DNA from: a virus
Lineage: Duplodnaviria; Heunggongvirae; Uroviricota; Caudoviricetes
Strand: one strand, 5' to 3'
Virus record (IMG/VR): IMGVR_UViG_3300027792_000307
Coordinates: 866-64,865 of that record
Length of the DNA: 64,000 bases
Part shown: in pieces, positions 1-10,083 of the stretch
Layout of the letters: each line of letters starts with the position of its first letter
How positions within the stretch are numbered: position 1 is the stretch's first letter
Notes under the pieces: model-generated
Told to the model about the DNA's origin: nothing
The model's input: the letters and a program-made list of their open reading frames with translations, nothing else
The model's database searches: none
Program-made: the position numbers and the translations under genes

Positions 1-859
1 TGAATAAATGAAAAAAGCAAAAACATTTGACGAAATCGACATCGAATATTATTTAGAATATCTATAATCGATCATTTTTTATTTTTTTCTCTTACGGTGG
101 GACCCGCGTGCTAGACATTCTCACGCGATCGAGGCGAACAAGGCGAGCTAAACATTGTCATGCGTGCTAAACACTGACACGCGTGCTAGAGAGTGTCTAG
201 CGTGCTATGATGTGTCGGGTGGGTCCCACCCTGATAAAGAATAGCATGGCGATCCTTGCCATGCCACCTATTAGCGTGCTAACCTAACACATGCGTGACG
301 ATCTTTGTCATGTCACCTGCTACCCTGACATTTGCTGTCGTGCCATACATTGACATGTCAAGACCTATCGTGCCAACATGTAACCCGTCAGGATTTTGCA
401 CGTCAATGTATGCCATTGCCATGCTATCCCTTGACAAGCGAAGTGTTGCCATGAGATTATTTGACTTGCCAGACCTTCGCACGGTGATCTTTGGTTTATC
501 AGCCTTTTCAGTTCCAATAATATTTTCTGTCATAATATACCATAACGCGTGTTGGTTTATATACTTTGCGTGACAAGCATTAGCATGGATCAGGTTACGG
601 TGGGACCGCCGTGCTAGAGTCTGTCATTCAGGGTCTGGTCCCACCATGACAATGATTATCATGTGGGTCCCACCTGTGCTAATTGTTAGCATGCTACAGA
701 TCCCCATGACACCTGTTAGCACGCCTCCTGTTGGCACTATTATTATATTAAAATGCGTATAAATGGCTTAAAATAAAAATAGTTGTATAAAATGCCCTAT
801 ATATTATAGAATTTAAATAAAATTGCATAGATATACGCATAAAAAAATAAAAGAAAGAA

Positions 860-1096
860 TTAAAGGGAAATGTAGCCTTTTTGCTTTAAATCCCTGAAAT
901 TCTTATCAGCGACCATGTTACTGAGTGCCATGACGCTGTTTCTCTTATCGAGAATATTTATCTGTTGCTCGCGGGACAAGTCATCCCAATTTTTTCCATA
1001 TACCCGTAAGGATATATATTTCATGGTGTCGACTTTCGTCATAATATACTGTATGGCGAGGTAGGTATATATAGTTTGCGTGACACATATTAGCAC
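860..1096 (-). CDS. hypothetical small protein (only plausible minus-strand ORF; lies inside repeat region)
   Basis: 78-aa ORF with non-repetitive, protein-like composition (..KYISLRVYGKNWDDLSREQQINILDKRNSVMALSNMVADKNFRDLKQKG..); no homology recognised. Confidence 0.3.
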   Translation of the reverse strand: MLICVTQTIYTYLAIQYIMTKVDTMKYISLRVYGKNWDDLSREQQINILDKRNSVMALSNMVADKNFRDLKQKGYISL

Positions 1097-1670
1097 GGAT
1101 CGTTGGATATGGTGGGACCGGCGTGCTACTTGTTAGCAGGAGGCGGCCGTGCTAGAGATTGTCACGCGTGGGTCTGATATTGTGTAGCATGGGGGTCCCA
1201 CCCTTGACACATGTTAGCGTGCTACATGTTAACATTGATCAGGCCGAAACCTTTAAATACCCCTCGCTGATACGGGGTTGTTAAGGTAGTTACGTAACAA
1301 ACGGATCCCCGTGAGACTTGTTAGCACGGACCATGATAAGAATTATATTTATCGTGTTACTGATTGGCACGGATTATATATAAAAGGAATTATAAAAGGT
1401 TAAAAATAGAATAATTAGCACGGTTATTTGTTGCATATAATTAATATTTATGATTTACATAATAATAAATCAAAAAAAGATATACAAAAAGATATATGAA
1501 TTTCTGCCGTGCTAATGTTTGCCGTGATATATATAAAAGTGAAAAACCTCTCTCCGAGAACTCTCGAAGAACCGAAAAGTATTTAAACTCACAATGGTTT
1601 ATGGTCTTGTCGGTGTGTAAGACGCAAGACAAGTCTTGCATATCGTGAGTACAACACAGGAGAAAACATT

Positions 1671-2207
1671 ATGTCTATGAGCAAACAAGACAAAAAGGAT
1701 ATTGCTGATATGATTAGTGCTTCATTACAGGCACTCATAACAGCAAAAAAGCCAGAAACTCCAAGTAAAAAGGAGAAACCTAAACAACAGGAGAAAAACG
1801 CCTCCCCACCACATAAAAAGAGCGATATTCCTCAACTTTTAACAGATATGCCTCAAAAGGAGTGCATTGATTTATTCGGTAATCTGTTACAAAGTGAACC
1901 GTACAAAGCGAGTATATCGCCCTTTTACGCAAAATACAATATCGTATTAGATACCGAGAAGTACGAGCGTAAAACCCTCACATACGAGCAAAAACACAAC
2001 ATTATCTTAAAACAACTACAGGGAGCGAGTAAAAAGGAATTTACCCGTCAAAAAGCACGTCATTTAAAATTCCTCCGAGAAAAACTCGCCTCCCCTCCAG
2101 AAACCAACATATTCGGAAAGGTAATGAGCGACAAAAACCTCGAAAACTGGCAAAACGCCCTTACAAAAGAGGTACAACGGTGGGAAAATGAATCCTACAA
2201 AGAGTAA
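1671..2207 (+). CDS. lysine-rich basic hypothetical protein
   Basis: 178-aa ORF preceded by aggag-like SD (acaggagaaaacattATG); K/E-rich, no domain recognised. Confidence 0.55.
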   Translation: MSMSKQDKKDIADMISASLQALITAKKPETPSKKEKPKQQEKNASPPHKKSDIPQLLTDMPQKECIDLFGNLLQSEPYKASISPFYAKYNIVLDTEKYERKTLTYEQKHNIILKQLQGASKKEFTRQKARHLKFLREKLASPPETNIFGKVMSDKNLENWQNALTKEVQRWENESYKE

Positions 2208-4091
2208 AAACGACAAATTCGACGAAAAGGTACGGAATTACCTTAAACAGAAAGAGAAAGAGGGAGTAATTCCCTCTTCCTCTATAAAAGAACGAAGAGA
2301 ATTTCAAAATAGAGTATCAAAGATGGATTTTTCAGAAATCCAAAAACTCTATGATAATGAATAGCACGGGAAAGGTTCTCATGCTAACTACCCTGAAGTA
2401 CGCCCTCGATGGCGTTGGGCGTGATAAAGACTATCACGAATCCCTATGGGAGATGGGCTTGACCCATGTGTCAGTAAGTAGCACGAGAACCCCTGACATG
2501 CTATTCGTTGTCATTATTTTTTTTTTTGCTGGACCATGCTACATGTTAGCACGGATCATGGTAGAGTGGGTGGGACTCCAGTGCCAATTGTTAACATTTC
2601 GCCTGTTTAAGTATATAAACTTTGTGGTGGAAAAATTCCTCGAGAGGTTTCTCCTGTTGAGCCTGTTTTCTACTATATAAAGGTTTCTGTAGTTCTCCTT
2701 TATATACCTTTCGGTTGTTTTGAGGTTTCCTCCGAGAGAGCATTTTTTGGTGGGACCCCCGTGCTAGACCTTATCAGCCATGGCACGAGGCGGCGTGACA
2801 CATGTTAGCACGCTTCAAGGTAAGCGTTGTCATGGGGGTCCCACCTCCGATAGATTTATATACTCATAGCAGATACGGGGCTGTTACGGTAGTAGTTTAA
2901 CAGGAGTAACGGTGGGACTGCCGTGCTAAACAATATCTCGCTTTCCACACGTACATATATATGATGTTGCGAATAATAATATTATATGAATTAGTACGCC
3001 AACAGATAGCACGGGGCAGGGTAGTCCCACCATAAATGCCGTGCCACGCTATAACATGACACTATAAAAGAGTATTATAATGGTTGCTATTATATAGTTA
3101 AAACGGCATTATAATGGTGAAAATTGAAAGGCTCTATATAAATGCCCCTATATAGTAAAGAAAATGCCCCGATTATAATAGAAATTGAGAGTTTTTTTAA
3201 GGAGGGAATTATAATGGCGAGGTAATTGTAGTATATAGTAATACTTGGATGTATAGAATTGTACATTGTGGGATAAAAAATAACGTGTTTATATATATAC
3301 ACCTCAGTATTATAAATGTAATCACCTTATAATACAATATACCGTTCATAAAACAATTTGTTGTTTATTCTCATTATACAATACATAGATATTCTTTATA
3401 CGGTAATTGCCTCGGAAAAGGTTTTATCTATTGTTACATATAATAGCAGTTTATTGCGTGGAATGTAATAGCAACAGGAATAATACCACCCGAAACGTAG
3501 AGCCGTCAATTATTAATGGGCATATATAGAACTATATTCCTTGACCGAAAGGTTTATAAACCCTGTTCGGTTCTACCTATTGACGATGAAACTTTCGTCA
3601 GGAACGTGAGAAAGTATGAAATGCAATAATAACGGCAAGAACAAGCAATATAACGTAACAAACAAGCAACTATTAAAGGAATTAAAAGGCACAGGCAGGT
3701 GTATATATGCAAACTAAAGTACAATGTGATAAAGTATATTGTGGGCATAATATAGGGCAATTTTGCTCATTAAAAAAGATACATATTACAATCGGGGGTT
3801 GTGATATGTATAGGAATTGTAAAGGGTGTGATTAAAAATGAACAGAGCAGATTCTATAATGATAGGGGATAATCTATTATTAATATCCCAACAATTACAA
3901 ACAACCAATCAAGCATTAATAGAGATAATTAAAATAATGAGAGATGATTAAAATGCAATCAATAATAAAGAAAAAGGACTATATAATAGAGGCAGGTGAA
4001 ATAAAAAACAAGTTGTACAATTTAAATGTCGGAGAGCAACTTACAATACAAACACAATATACAACGAGAATATTTGAGAGAGTGATTTAAA

Positions 4092-4370
4092 ATGGCTTTG
4101 GAAGATATAATTATATATAAAGGGCATCAAATTGTATTAATTCGAGAAATATTAATAGATAAATTTGTTAATGGATATGTTTATCTCGAACATTTACAAG
4201 AAATGCCTAAAGAATTAACAGGGGAAACATATAGGAAGGGAAAAATAATTGGGGTTGATACAGCACACTATTATAATCAAAAAATGACTTACGAGCAAAA
4301 AAAGGAGGATGCAATAAGACAAATAAAAACAATTATAGATGAATACGAAGAATTAATAGGAGGTAATTAA
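4092..4370 (+). CDS. hypothetical protein
   Basis: 92-aa ORF with recurrent start context gATTtAAAATG seen at several neighbouring small genes. Confidence 0.5.
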   Translation: MALEDIIIYKGHQIVLIREILIDKFVNGYVYLEHLQEMPKELTGETYRKGKIIGVDTAHYYNQKMTYEQKKEDAIRQIKTIIDEYEELIGGN

Positions 4371-4556
4371 AATGCAAGACCTATTAGATAATTGGAGAAT
4401 GTTTAATACAATCGAGGTATTAGAAAAGGCAGGACAAACAGCAAATATTATGGTATTAGAAAAGGAGTTGATATAATGGGCAAAATAAGAGAGAAAGTTA
4501 GCGATATATGGAGTAAAATAAAAGAACAATATAAAAAGGACATGAGGTAGATAAAA

Positions 4557-5762
4557 ATGGTAGACATAAATAAATATACAAAAGCAGATGGAAACATTGA
4601 TTTCGACCTATTATATGAGGAAGATATGTCGGAGAAAACACAACAAGCAATTATAAAGATAGAGGCACAAAAGGAAATACCAACAGGAGTATTATCAAGT
4701 GCTAAAATGCTTGAAAGAGATATTAAATTAGCCGAGAGAAAAATGCCTTTTGTTGTATATAATGCCGAGCAGAAAGAGAGAATTAAAAAGGCAAAGAAAG
4801 AAAAGGCACGGGTTGAACAGGAATTTACTGAAATGGTATCCGAAAGGAAATCATTAGATGTAGCAGTAAAAGAAGATGATTTAATGGTAAATGAGATTAT
4901 TAATAAGAAAAACAAATCTCTTGAAACATTAAATCAGTCGGAAATTATGAATGTTGCCACAGTAAAGAACAAATATGGAAAGCAACGCAACATTATAATA
5001 GCAAATACCAAAATCGGAAGACATATAACTGAAAATGCTATATGGAATTTCGGTTGTATTGGCGATTATAATGTAGATAGTGTTCCACGTTCAAAGGTAA
5101 CTTGTAAAGGCACAGAGATTACTACTGTAAACACATACAATAAAGAAAATCGGAAGAATAAGCAATTAATTAGTAGAAGATTTTGCTCAAAAGTTGTAAT
5201 GTGTTGGGCAAAAATGGTTGATATGCAATATTCAAGTAAGGATATTGATAAACCAACAGCAATGTCTTTATGGGGTACACCAATAGAGTATCAGGGATTA
5301 GAAGGTGCTTGTTATCAGTACTTTATAAATGGAGAAACTATTGTTAAAATCCTCAAAGATATACTCTATATAATAAGAGGTAGACCTTACTCAAAGACCA
5401 ATTACAGTAACCAATTACAATGGGTTATTGAAAGGAGATTGAAATTAAGAAAAAGGAATCCCGACAAAATTACTAATGATATGAAAAACCGATTATACTA
5501 TACATATCAAAGTAATTCATTGGTATGGGGTTATCCTAAAGTTTCTCCTGAATATGTATTGGGATTAATAAGACACCTTGAAACGGGAGAATTTGGTAGA
5601 TTATTAAAGGAATATGATACACAAATAATGATACCTTTAATTAGTAATTTAAGAAGGTATCCATTAAAATGCACAGCATATCATAAACCTAAAGATAATG
5701 CCGACCATAAAAAACAAGCAGATGATTATGCAATAGACCAATATATATTTGAAAGGGATTAA
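4557..5762 (+). CDS. hypothetical 401-aa protein flanked on both sides by ~1 kb structured non-coding DNA
   Basis: Long uninterrupted ORF, good SD (aggtagataaaaATG); no recognisable motifs. Confidence 0.7.
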   Translation: MVDINKYTKADGNIDFDLLYEEDMSEKTQQAIIKIEAQKEIPTGVLSSAKMLERDIKLAERKMPFVVYNAEQKERIKKAKKEKARVEQEFTEMVSERKSLDVAVKEDDLMVNEIINKKNKSLETLNQSEIMNVATVKNKYGKQRNIIIANTKIGRHITENAIWNFGCIGDYNVDSVPRSKVTCKGTEITTVNTYNKENRKNKQLISRRFCSKVVMCWAKMVDMQYSSKDIDKPTAMSLWGTPIEYQGLEGACYQYFINGETIVKILKDILYIIRGRPYSKTNYSNQLQWVIERRLKLRKRNPDKITNDMKNRLYYTYQSNSLVWGYPKVSPEYVLGLIRHLETGEFGRLLKEYDTQIMIPLISNLRRYPLKCTAYHKPKDNADHKKQADDYAIDQYIFERD

Positions 5763-6811
5763 TAATCTCTTTCTTCTTTTTTTTTTACTTTTAGCCGTGC
5801 TACTTGCTAACACTTCTACTAATTACTTTTATATTTAAATGAGGCGATTCCAGATTCTACGTACAATATAATATATTAATAAGTTAGTACAAATTAGTAC
5901 AGTAGTTAGTACATAATACCATTGGAAAGAGTTATAATAATTGCCTCTATTATAAGAGTAAAAGGCAACTTTTTGGTATAAAATTGCAGTATATTATGCT
6001 GTATTACACCACTATATTCCTGATTTTTCTTCGAGAGACGAAAGGTTTAAGTACTCGATGATTTCGTTCTCGGAGAGATTTCCGAAAGACTTATAAACTT
6101 TTCGGTTGCGAAATCCGTACGGGTTGAGAACAAGTTTTCTGTTTGTTTGTTATTTTTGATATGGTTACTTTAGTATCCATATTATAACTTATACATACAT
6201 ACTTGAGTCGCATTAAAATTACCTTACCCAATCATTCGCACCTTTTAGATATACTTATACCTAAAAGGGGTTGATTATAAAGGCAATTAGGTTATTCCTG
6301 TATTGGACAGGTTTTTAATTAATCTAATGAGGGTTATAATCAATTCGGGAAAATTAGTAGATATTAATCCCATTAGGTTTTGGTAATACCTATTTCAACG
6401 CAAAATCTACACAGTAATACAGTATAACAAGACTTCGGAAAGGATTATAATTACTTTATTGGGTTGTTATCCAACCCTCTAATCCTTTTCTACATAATTT
6501 AAAAATGCTTACCCAATTGTAAAATTGGGTGTTAAATCAACAGAAGGTGAAGGAAAAAAGGGAATAGGGTTGCGTTTATCCTATGGTATAGGTTAGGTTA
6601 CATTACCATTAATGGTTCGATTCCATTAAAAATCCTCGAGATTTTATCCTATTCCTAAATATTATTTAAATTCAGAAGCATAATATGAGCATAAAATCAT
6701 TTTTAGAGCAAAAAGCACAAGATATAGGCAAAATTGAAAGGAAAATTGATATATATAGGCACAAAATAATTGATTGCCAAAAAGAGATAGAAGAATTAAG
6801 GAAGGATTAAA
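5763..6811. other. AT-rich structured non-coding region with repeated GGAAAG(R)-N-TTATAA (BRE/TATA-like) motifs and multiple hairpins
   Basis: ggaaagagttataataa (5927), cgaaaggtttaagtac (6041), ccgaaagacttataaacttttcgg hairpin (6086), ggttgattataaaggc (6270), gggttataatc (6329), ggaaaggattataatt (6434), ggaatagg..cctattcc 8-bp inverted repeat (6561/6645) enclosing a tRNA-like T-arm AATGGTTCGATTCCATT (6610-6626). Confidence 0.6.
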
Positions 6812-7024
6812 ATGAGCAATATAAAAGTAAAAATAGATAATGAAATATACAAGAATACAAGGCAGGTTGCATTAACAAATACAGAAAGGATATTAGACGA
6901 ATTAGCATTATTAATGAGAGAATTAACAGGAAATACATTAGAAATAAATAATGCAAGTAAAGAGAAAGTTGCATTAATAATTCAAGGAATATCTCATACA
7001 ATAGATTATATACAATGTGCATAG
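6812..7024 (+). CDS. hypothetical protein
   Basis: 70-aa ORF, ggaggATTAAAATG start context. Confidence 0.5.
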   Translation: MSNIKVKIDNEIYKNTRQVALTNTERILDELALLMRELTGNTLEINNASKEKVALIIQGISHTIDYIQCA

Positions 7025-7034
7025 AGGTATTAAA

Positions 7035-7217
7035 ATGAAAACAATTAGATACAATAAAATAGAACGGATATTAAGTGCCCATTTGATTGTATATAATGGC
7101 AGGGTACATATGGTAAAGGAAAATGTAGAATTAAAACCACGATTGGTTACATTAATAGATGGAGGATTATCTGAAGATGATTATGCTGAATTAAGGCAAG
7201 AGGCATATATATTGTAA
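7035..7217 (+). CDS. hypothetical protein
   Basis: ORF with gaggtATTAAAATG start context directly after the previous stop. Confidence 0.5.
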   Translation: MKTIRYNKIERILSAHLIVYNGRVHMVKENVELKPRLVTLIDGGLSEDDYAELRQEAYIL

Positions 7218-7356
7218 AGGAGGTAATTATGATAGAAATACAAACCGACAAACCTTTTGTATTACTAACGGAATTATCCGACAAACCAAAATTGGCGATG
7301 ATAGAAGAAACCAAAGATACAAAGGGTAATTCCAGATTTAAATTGAGGTTTATATA

Positions 7357-7614
7357 ATGACTCGTTTAAATGATAAAATTAATAAAGACATTAAATTGGT
7401 TAAAAATTACTTTAAAAATAGATATAAAAATGACTATATAAATAAACAATACACCATATGCGTATTATTATGGGCAGATAAAGATTATTGTATAAGATTA
7501 AGGCACGGAAATGCAATTAAAGATATAGAATATCATAATTCTGAAAAAACTTTAATAGAATACAATACTAAACATCATATAGATAGTATAACTAAATTGA
7601 GGAACAGAAAATGA
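7357..7614 (+). CDS. hypothetical protein
   Basis: 85-aa ORF; ATGA overlap with next gene. Confidence 0.5.
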   Translation: MTRLNDKINKDIKLVKNYFKNRYKNDYINKQYTICVLLWADKDYCIRLRHGNAIKDIEYHNSEKTLIEYNTKHHIDSITKLRNRK

Positions 7615-7841
7615 AATTAAGAAAGGCAGATTATTGTTTAATGAAAGGAACGTATTTACGCATTAAATCAGCAAGTTTGGATGATATAATTAGAGTTACA
7701 AGCACAAAATCAAGAACGATTAGAGGTAGAGTTTTAAAATCTCTTGTTTCAGAAGATGTTGGTAAACTTTATAGATATATAGTAGAAGAATTAGATATTA
7801 ATGTAATTAAAAAGAAAGATTTGATGTTGGAATTATTATAA
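7611..7841 (+). CDS. hypothetical protein
   Basis: 76-aa ORF starting in ATGA overlap. Confidence 0.5.
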   Translation: MKLRKADYCLMKGTYLRIKSASLDDIIRVTSTKSRTIRGRVLKSLVSEDVGKLYRYIVEELDINVIKKKDLMLELL

Positions 7842-7972
7842 AGGAGAATTAAAATGGAAGAAATAAACGAAGATGATATATTTGTTTTCCACGCAAGAAC
7901 AGGAAATAAAGTAATGCTGATGAAAATTAGTTTCTGTCAAGTATCCAGAGATTTTAAAATGGAGAAAATGTA

Positions 7973-8092
7973 ATGCAAACTTCCTGCCCGATTTGTAAAA
8001 AACCATTAAAGGTGTGGTATTCAGGTTGTGGAGGCAAAAAGTTTATGGGTTGCTCGGATATTAAATGCCAATTTAAAGAGGAAATTGAATAA
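7973..8092 (+). CDS. small zinc-ribbon protein (39 aa)
   Basis: CPICKK..(16)..GC..C spacing; ATG overlaps previous stop (aTGtaATGc). Confidence 0.35.
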   Translation: MQTSCPICKKPLKVWYSGCGGKKFMGCSDIKCQFKEEIE

Positions 8093-8139
8093 AATTTAGG
8101 GTTACTATATGATTAGTAACAGATATGGAGGTATATATT

Positions 8140-8337
8140 ATGGCAACAAAGAAAGAAGAAACCCAAAAACCAAAGGCAGTAGCACACACAATGACCATCG
8201 AAAACATTATGGCGTATCCTTATACAAAGGAAGGAGATGCCGATGGATTCATTCGCAGGAGATTAATTGGTCAAGTTGTGTTTGAAGGCAAAATCCTGCA
8301 GATTAATGGTTTCGCAACACAGCGAAAAGGTCAGTAA
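8140..8337 (+). CDS. hypothetical protein
   Basis: ORF with ggaggtatatattATG SD context. Confidence 0.5.
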   Translation: MATKKEETQKPKAVAHTMTIENIMAYPYTKEGDADGFIRRRLIGQVVFEGKILQINGFATQRKGQ

Positions 8338-8347
8338 TTCGACACAG

Positions 8348-8409
8348 AATCGGGGTGCATTACAACCCCAGATAAAGACCACACGGGCAATTAAAATAGC
8401 ACCCCGATT
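8348..8409 (+). terminator. perfect 11-bp-stem hairpin (AATCGGGGTGC..40 nt..GCACCCCGATT) followed by T-rich run
   Basis: Read directly; immediately 3' of CDS ending 8337 and followed by attattttaattt. Confidence 0.5.
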
Positions 8410-8432
8410 ATTTTAATTTCAAGGAGGAAATT

Positions 8433-8603
8433 ATGAGACTAATATCATTTATACTTGGAATTGTAATGATTTTTTGTTTCTTTTTAAATTGGAATTCAGC
8501 AAGAGTAGTAAGAGGAAACGGAAAATACATTGCAATTATATTAATGCCGACCTGTATCATTTTTGCTATACTTGATTTTATGGCAGCATTTGAATTATTT
8601 TAA
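8433..8603 (+). CDS. small hydrophobic membrane protein
   Basis: aaggaggaaattATG SD; 56 aa, two hydrophobic stretches. Confidence 0.4.
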   Translation: MRLISFILGIVMIFCFFLNWNSARVVRGNGKYIAIILMPTCIIFAILDFMAAFELF

Positions 8604-8934
8604 TTCTTAATACTACGGTAGATGATATAGCAATACCAAAGATGGATACACAAGGGGTATCGGCATATAGGGATAGAAAATATAAGTGTTGCCCTAAAGG
8701 AGTTAGGTGACGGCTTACTCCCCTTATATCATTCTATCTACCCATATCCTATCCTATAACTTTGGTTAAAGCCGATATAGTATTTGGAATTGGAGGATAA
8801 TTATGAACAGGTTTTTAAAGTGGCTATTATATGGCAAAATCCATTGGAAAATGCGACATATAGCATACTTTATAGTAGTTTGCTTGTTTTTGAGTGCATT
8901 TGTAAGCATATTATTAAGATAAGGAGGGAAAATT

Positions 8935-9177
8935 ATGGAACAAATAGAATATAAAGGGCAAAAATATAGAGTAAAATACACACATATAAGACCAATTTTG
9001 AATGGTAAAATACAATCGAGAGGCGGTACGACAGTTGCATTTATAACGGATAGAGAACAAAATGTGATTGCAAGCGGTCAGGCAAATGTATCTTTAAAGG
9101 ACACTTACCAGAAAAAATTGGGAAGGATTATAGCAACTGGCAGATTATTAAAGGCACTTGGATTACCACGAAAATGA
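8935..9177 (+). CDS. hypothetical protein (weak resemblance to phage N4 gp49 / Sf6 gp66-type small proteins); first gene of the contiguous small-gene array
   Basis: 80-aa ORF, aaggagggaaaattATG; ..TTVAFITDREQNVIASGQANVSLKDTYQKKLGRIIATGRL.. Resemblance is from memory only. Confidence 0.5.
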   Translation: MEQIEYKGQKYRVKYTHIRPILNGKIQSRGGTTVAFITDREQNVIASGQANVSLKDTYQKKLGRIIATGRLLKALGLPRK

Positions 9178-9401
9178 AATACGCAAAATTAACTATGAAA
9201 CAACCAAGCGATTCAATAAAAATAAAATGGGTTGAAATAATTAAGGTTTTAAAAGACGATAGATTTCCAACTTGTATAAAAGGAAAATGCCTAATGTGTA
9301 ATGCAGATAAAGAAGATGTTGGAAGAACCTTTTATTATGATAAAAAATATTGGGATGTAATTACTTTAACAAAAGAGCAGGTTTTTATGGAGATGATATG
9401 A
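9174..9401 (+). CDS. small protein with stereotyped LE(V/I)L-junction C-terminus (array member; tail VFMEMI)
   Basis: ATGA overlap at both ends; 3' end gtttttatggagatgatATGA. Confidence 0.55.
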   Translation: MKYAKLTMKQPSDSIKIKWVEIIKVLKDDRFPTCIKGKCLMCNADKEDVGRTFYYDKKYWDVITLTKEQVFMEMI

Positions 9402-9598
9402 ATAAATTTGAGATAAATGATTATATTAGACTCAAATACGCCCAAGATTATATTGGAGTAATAATAGGAATGAGATACGAATGTAATAAGCACTATGTAT
9501 ATAGAGTTGCATTTATTAAGAATTCAAAGGTATCATTTGAAGATGAAATAGACCTTATTAAACTTACCGAGCAAGAATTATTTATGGAGATATTATGA
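9398..9598 (+). CDS. small protein, LEVL-junction array member (tail LFMEIL)
   Basis: Start in ATGA overlap; 3' end ttatttatggagatattATGA. Confidence 0.55.
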   Translation: MNKFEINDYIRLKYAQDYIGVIIGMRYECNKHYVYRVAFIKNSKVSFEDEIDLIKLTEQELFMEIL

Positions 9599-9846
9599 AT
9601 AAATACAAGTATAGTGTAAAGAATTTAAAGGTTGGAGATTGGATAGATTCTACAGATTATTGGAATATGAGATATCTATATAAAGTTTTATTTATAAAAA
9701 AAAAGATATATATGACTTTAAATTGTTATATAATTAGAAACAACTCACCAGAAAATTTAGGAATAACTAAACATCGTATTAATTATTTCGATGAAAATCA
9801 ATTTAAAGTAATAGACGAATCGGAAGCATTTCAATGGTTTATATAA
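9595..9846 (+). CDS. small protein, array member (N-terminal KVGDWI motif; degenerate tail AFQWFI)
   Basis: ATGA-overlap start; N-terminal ..LKVGDWIDS.. shared with other members. Confidence 0.5.
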   Translation: MNKYKYSVKNLKVGDWIDSTDYWNMRYLYKVLFIKKKIYMTLNCYIIRNNSPENLGITKHRINYFDENQFKVIDESEAFQWFI

Positions 9847-9855
9847 GGAAAAATT

Positions 9856-10083
9856 ATGAAAATAGGCAGGATTGTAAGATTAACTTGGAAAGAAGATAAA
9901 CATTATATAGTTATTCTTCAAGTAAAAACAAAGGATACCAGAATGAAACCTGTTACTTATTCTGGAATTGTAATTTCTAATCCAGAAAGGGATACATATA
10001 TTGGCGAAGAATTTTGGTTTAATAGTCGTTATTGGAATATAGAAATATTAAAAAAAGATAAGGCATTTTTGGAGATATTATGA
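9856..10083 (+). CDS. small protein, array member (tail AFLEIL)
   Basis: 3' end gcatttttggagatattATGA overlapping next start. Confidence 0.55.
   Translation: MKIGRIVRLTWKEDKHYIVILQVKTKDTRMKPVTYSGIVISNPERDTYIGEEFWFNSRYWNIEILKKDKAFLEIL

Larger units (their letters stand above)
1..3100. repeat. GC-elevated, largely non-coding repeat region: >=12 copies of GGTGGGACC / GGTCCCACC and >=25 copies of CGTGCTA(R) / (Y)TAGCACG on both strands, forming inverted-repeat units ~90-130 bp apart
   Basis: Direct reading: ggtgggacc near 96, 599, 1109, 2749, 2912 (2570 has the variant ggtgggact); ggtcccacc near 226, 634, 668, 1197, 2840. gtgcta near 106, 164, 184, 200, 276, 611, 676, 1125, 1149, 1218, 1507, 2762, 2925; tagcacg near 713, 1092, 1320, 1417, 2363, 2544, 2808, 3005. 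Composition visibly GC-richer than the rest. Confidence 0.8.

Noticed and set aside
2351-2680. 109-aa plus-strand ORF inside the 5' repeat region
   Set aside because: It runs straight through the GGTGGGAC/GTGCTA repeat units and a T11 homopolymer; composition is repeat-driven, not protein-like.
1-3100. Possibility that the repeated motifs form a CRISPR array
   Set aside because: Repeats are short (8-9 nt), occur in both orientations, are irregularly spaced and are not separated by uniform-length unique spacers. No cas genes are adjacent (the Cas4-like gene is 50 kb away, in a replication context).
4448-4915. 155-aa minus-strand ORF and similar long minus-strand ORFs (16545..17105, 19216..19623, 21711..22064, 60810..61280, 54213..54599)
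   Set aside because: All lie antisense to well-supported plus-strand genes. Their translations are low-complexity (S/F/L/I-rich) as expected from the reverse complement of AT-rich coding DNA, and they lack SD/start contexts.
6555-6655. Calling a tRNA gene at the GGTTCGATTCC site
   Set aside because: Only the T-arm is canonical. No 7-bp acceptor stem, D-arm or anticodon arm could be paired at standard spacing, so it is reported only as a tRNA-like fragment.
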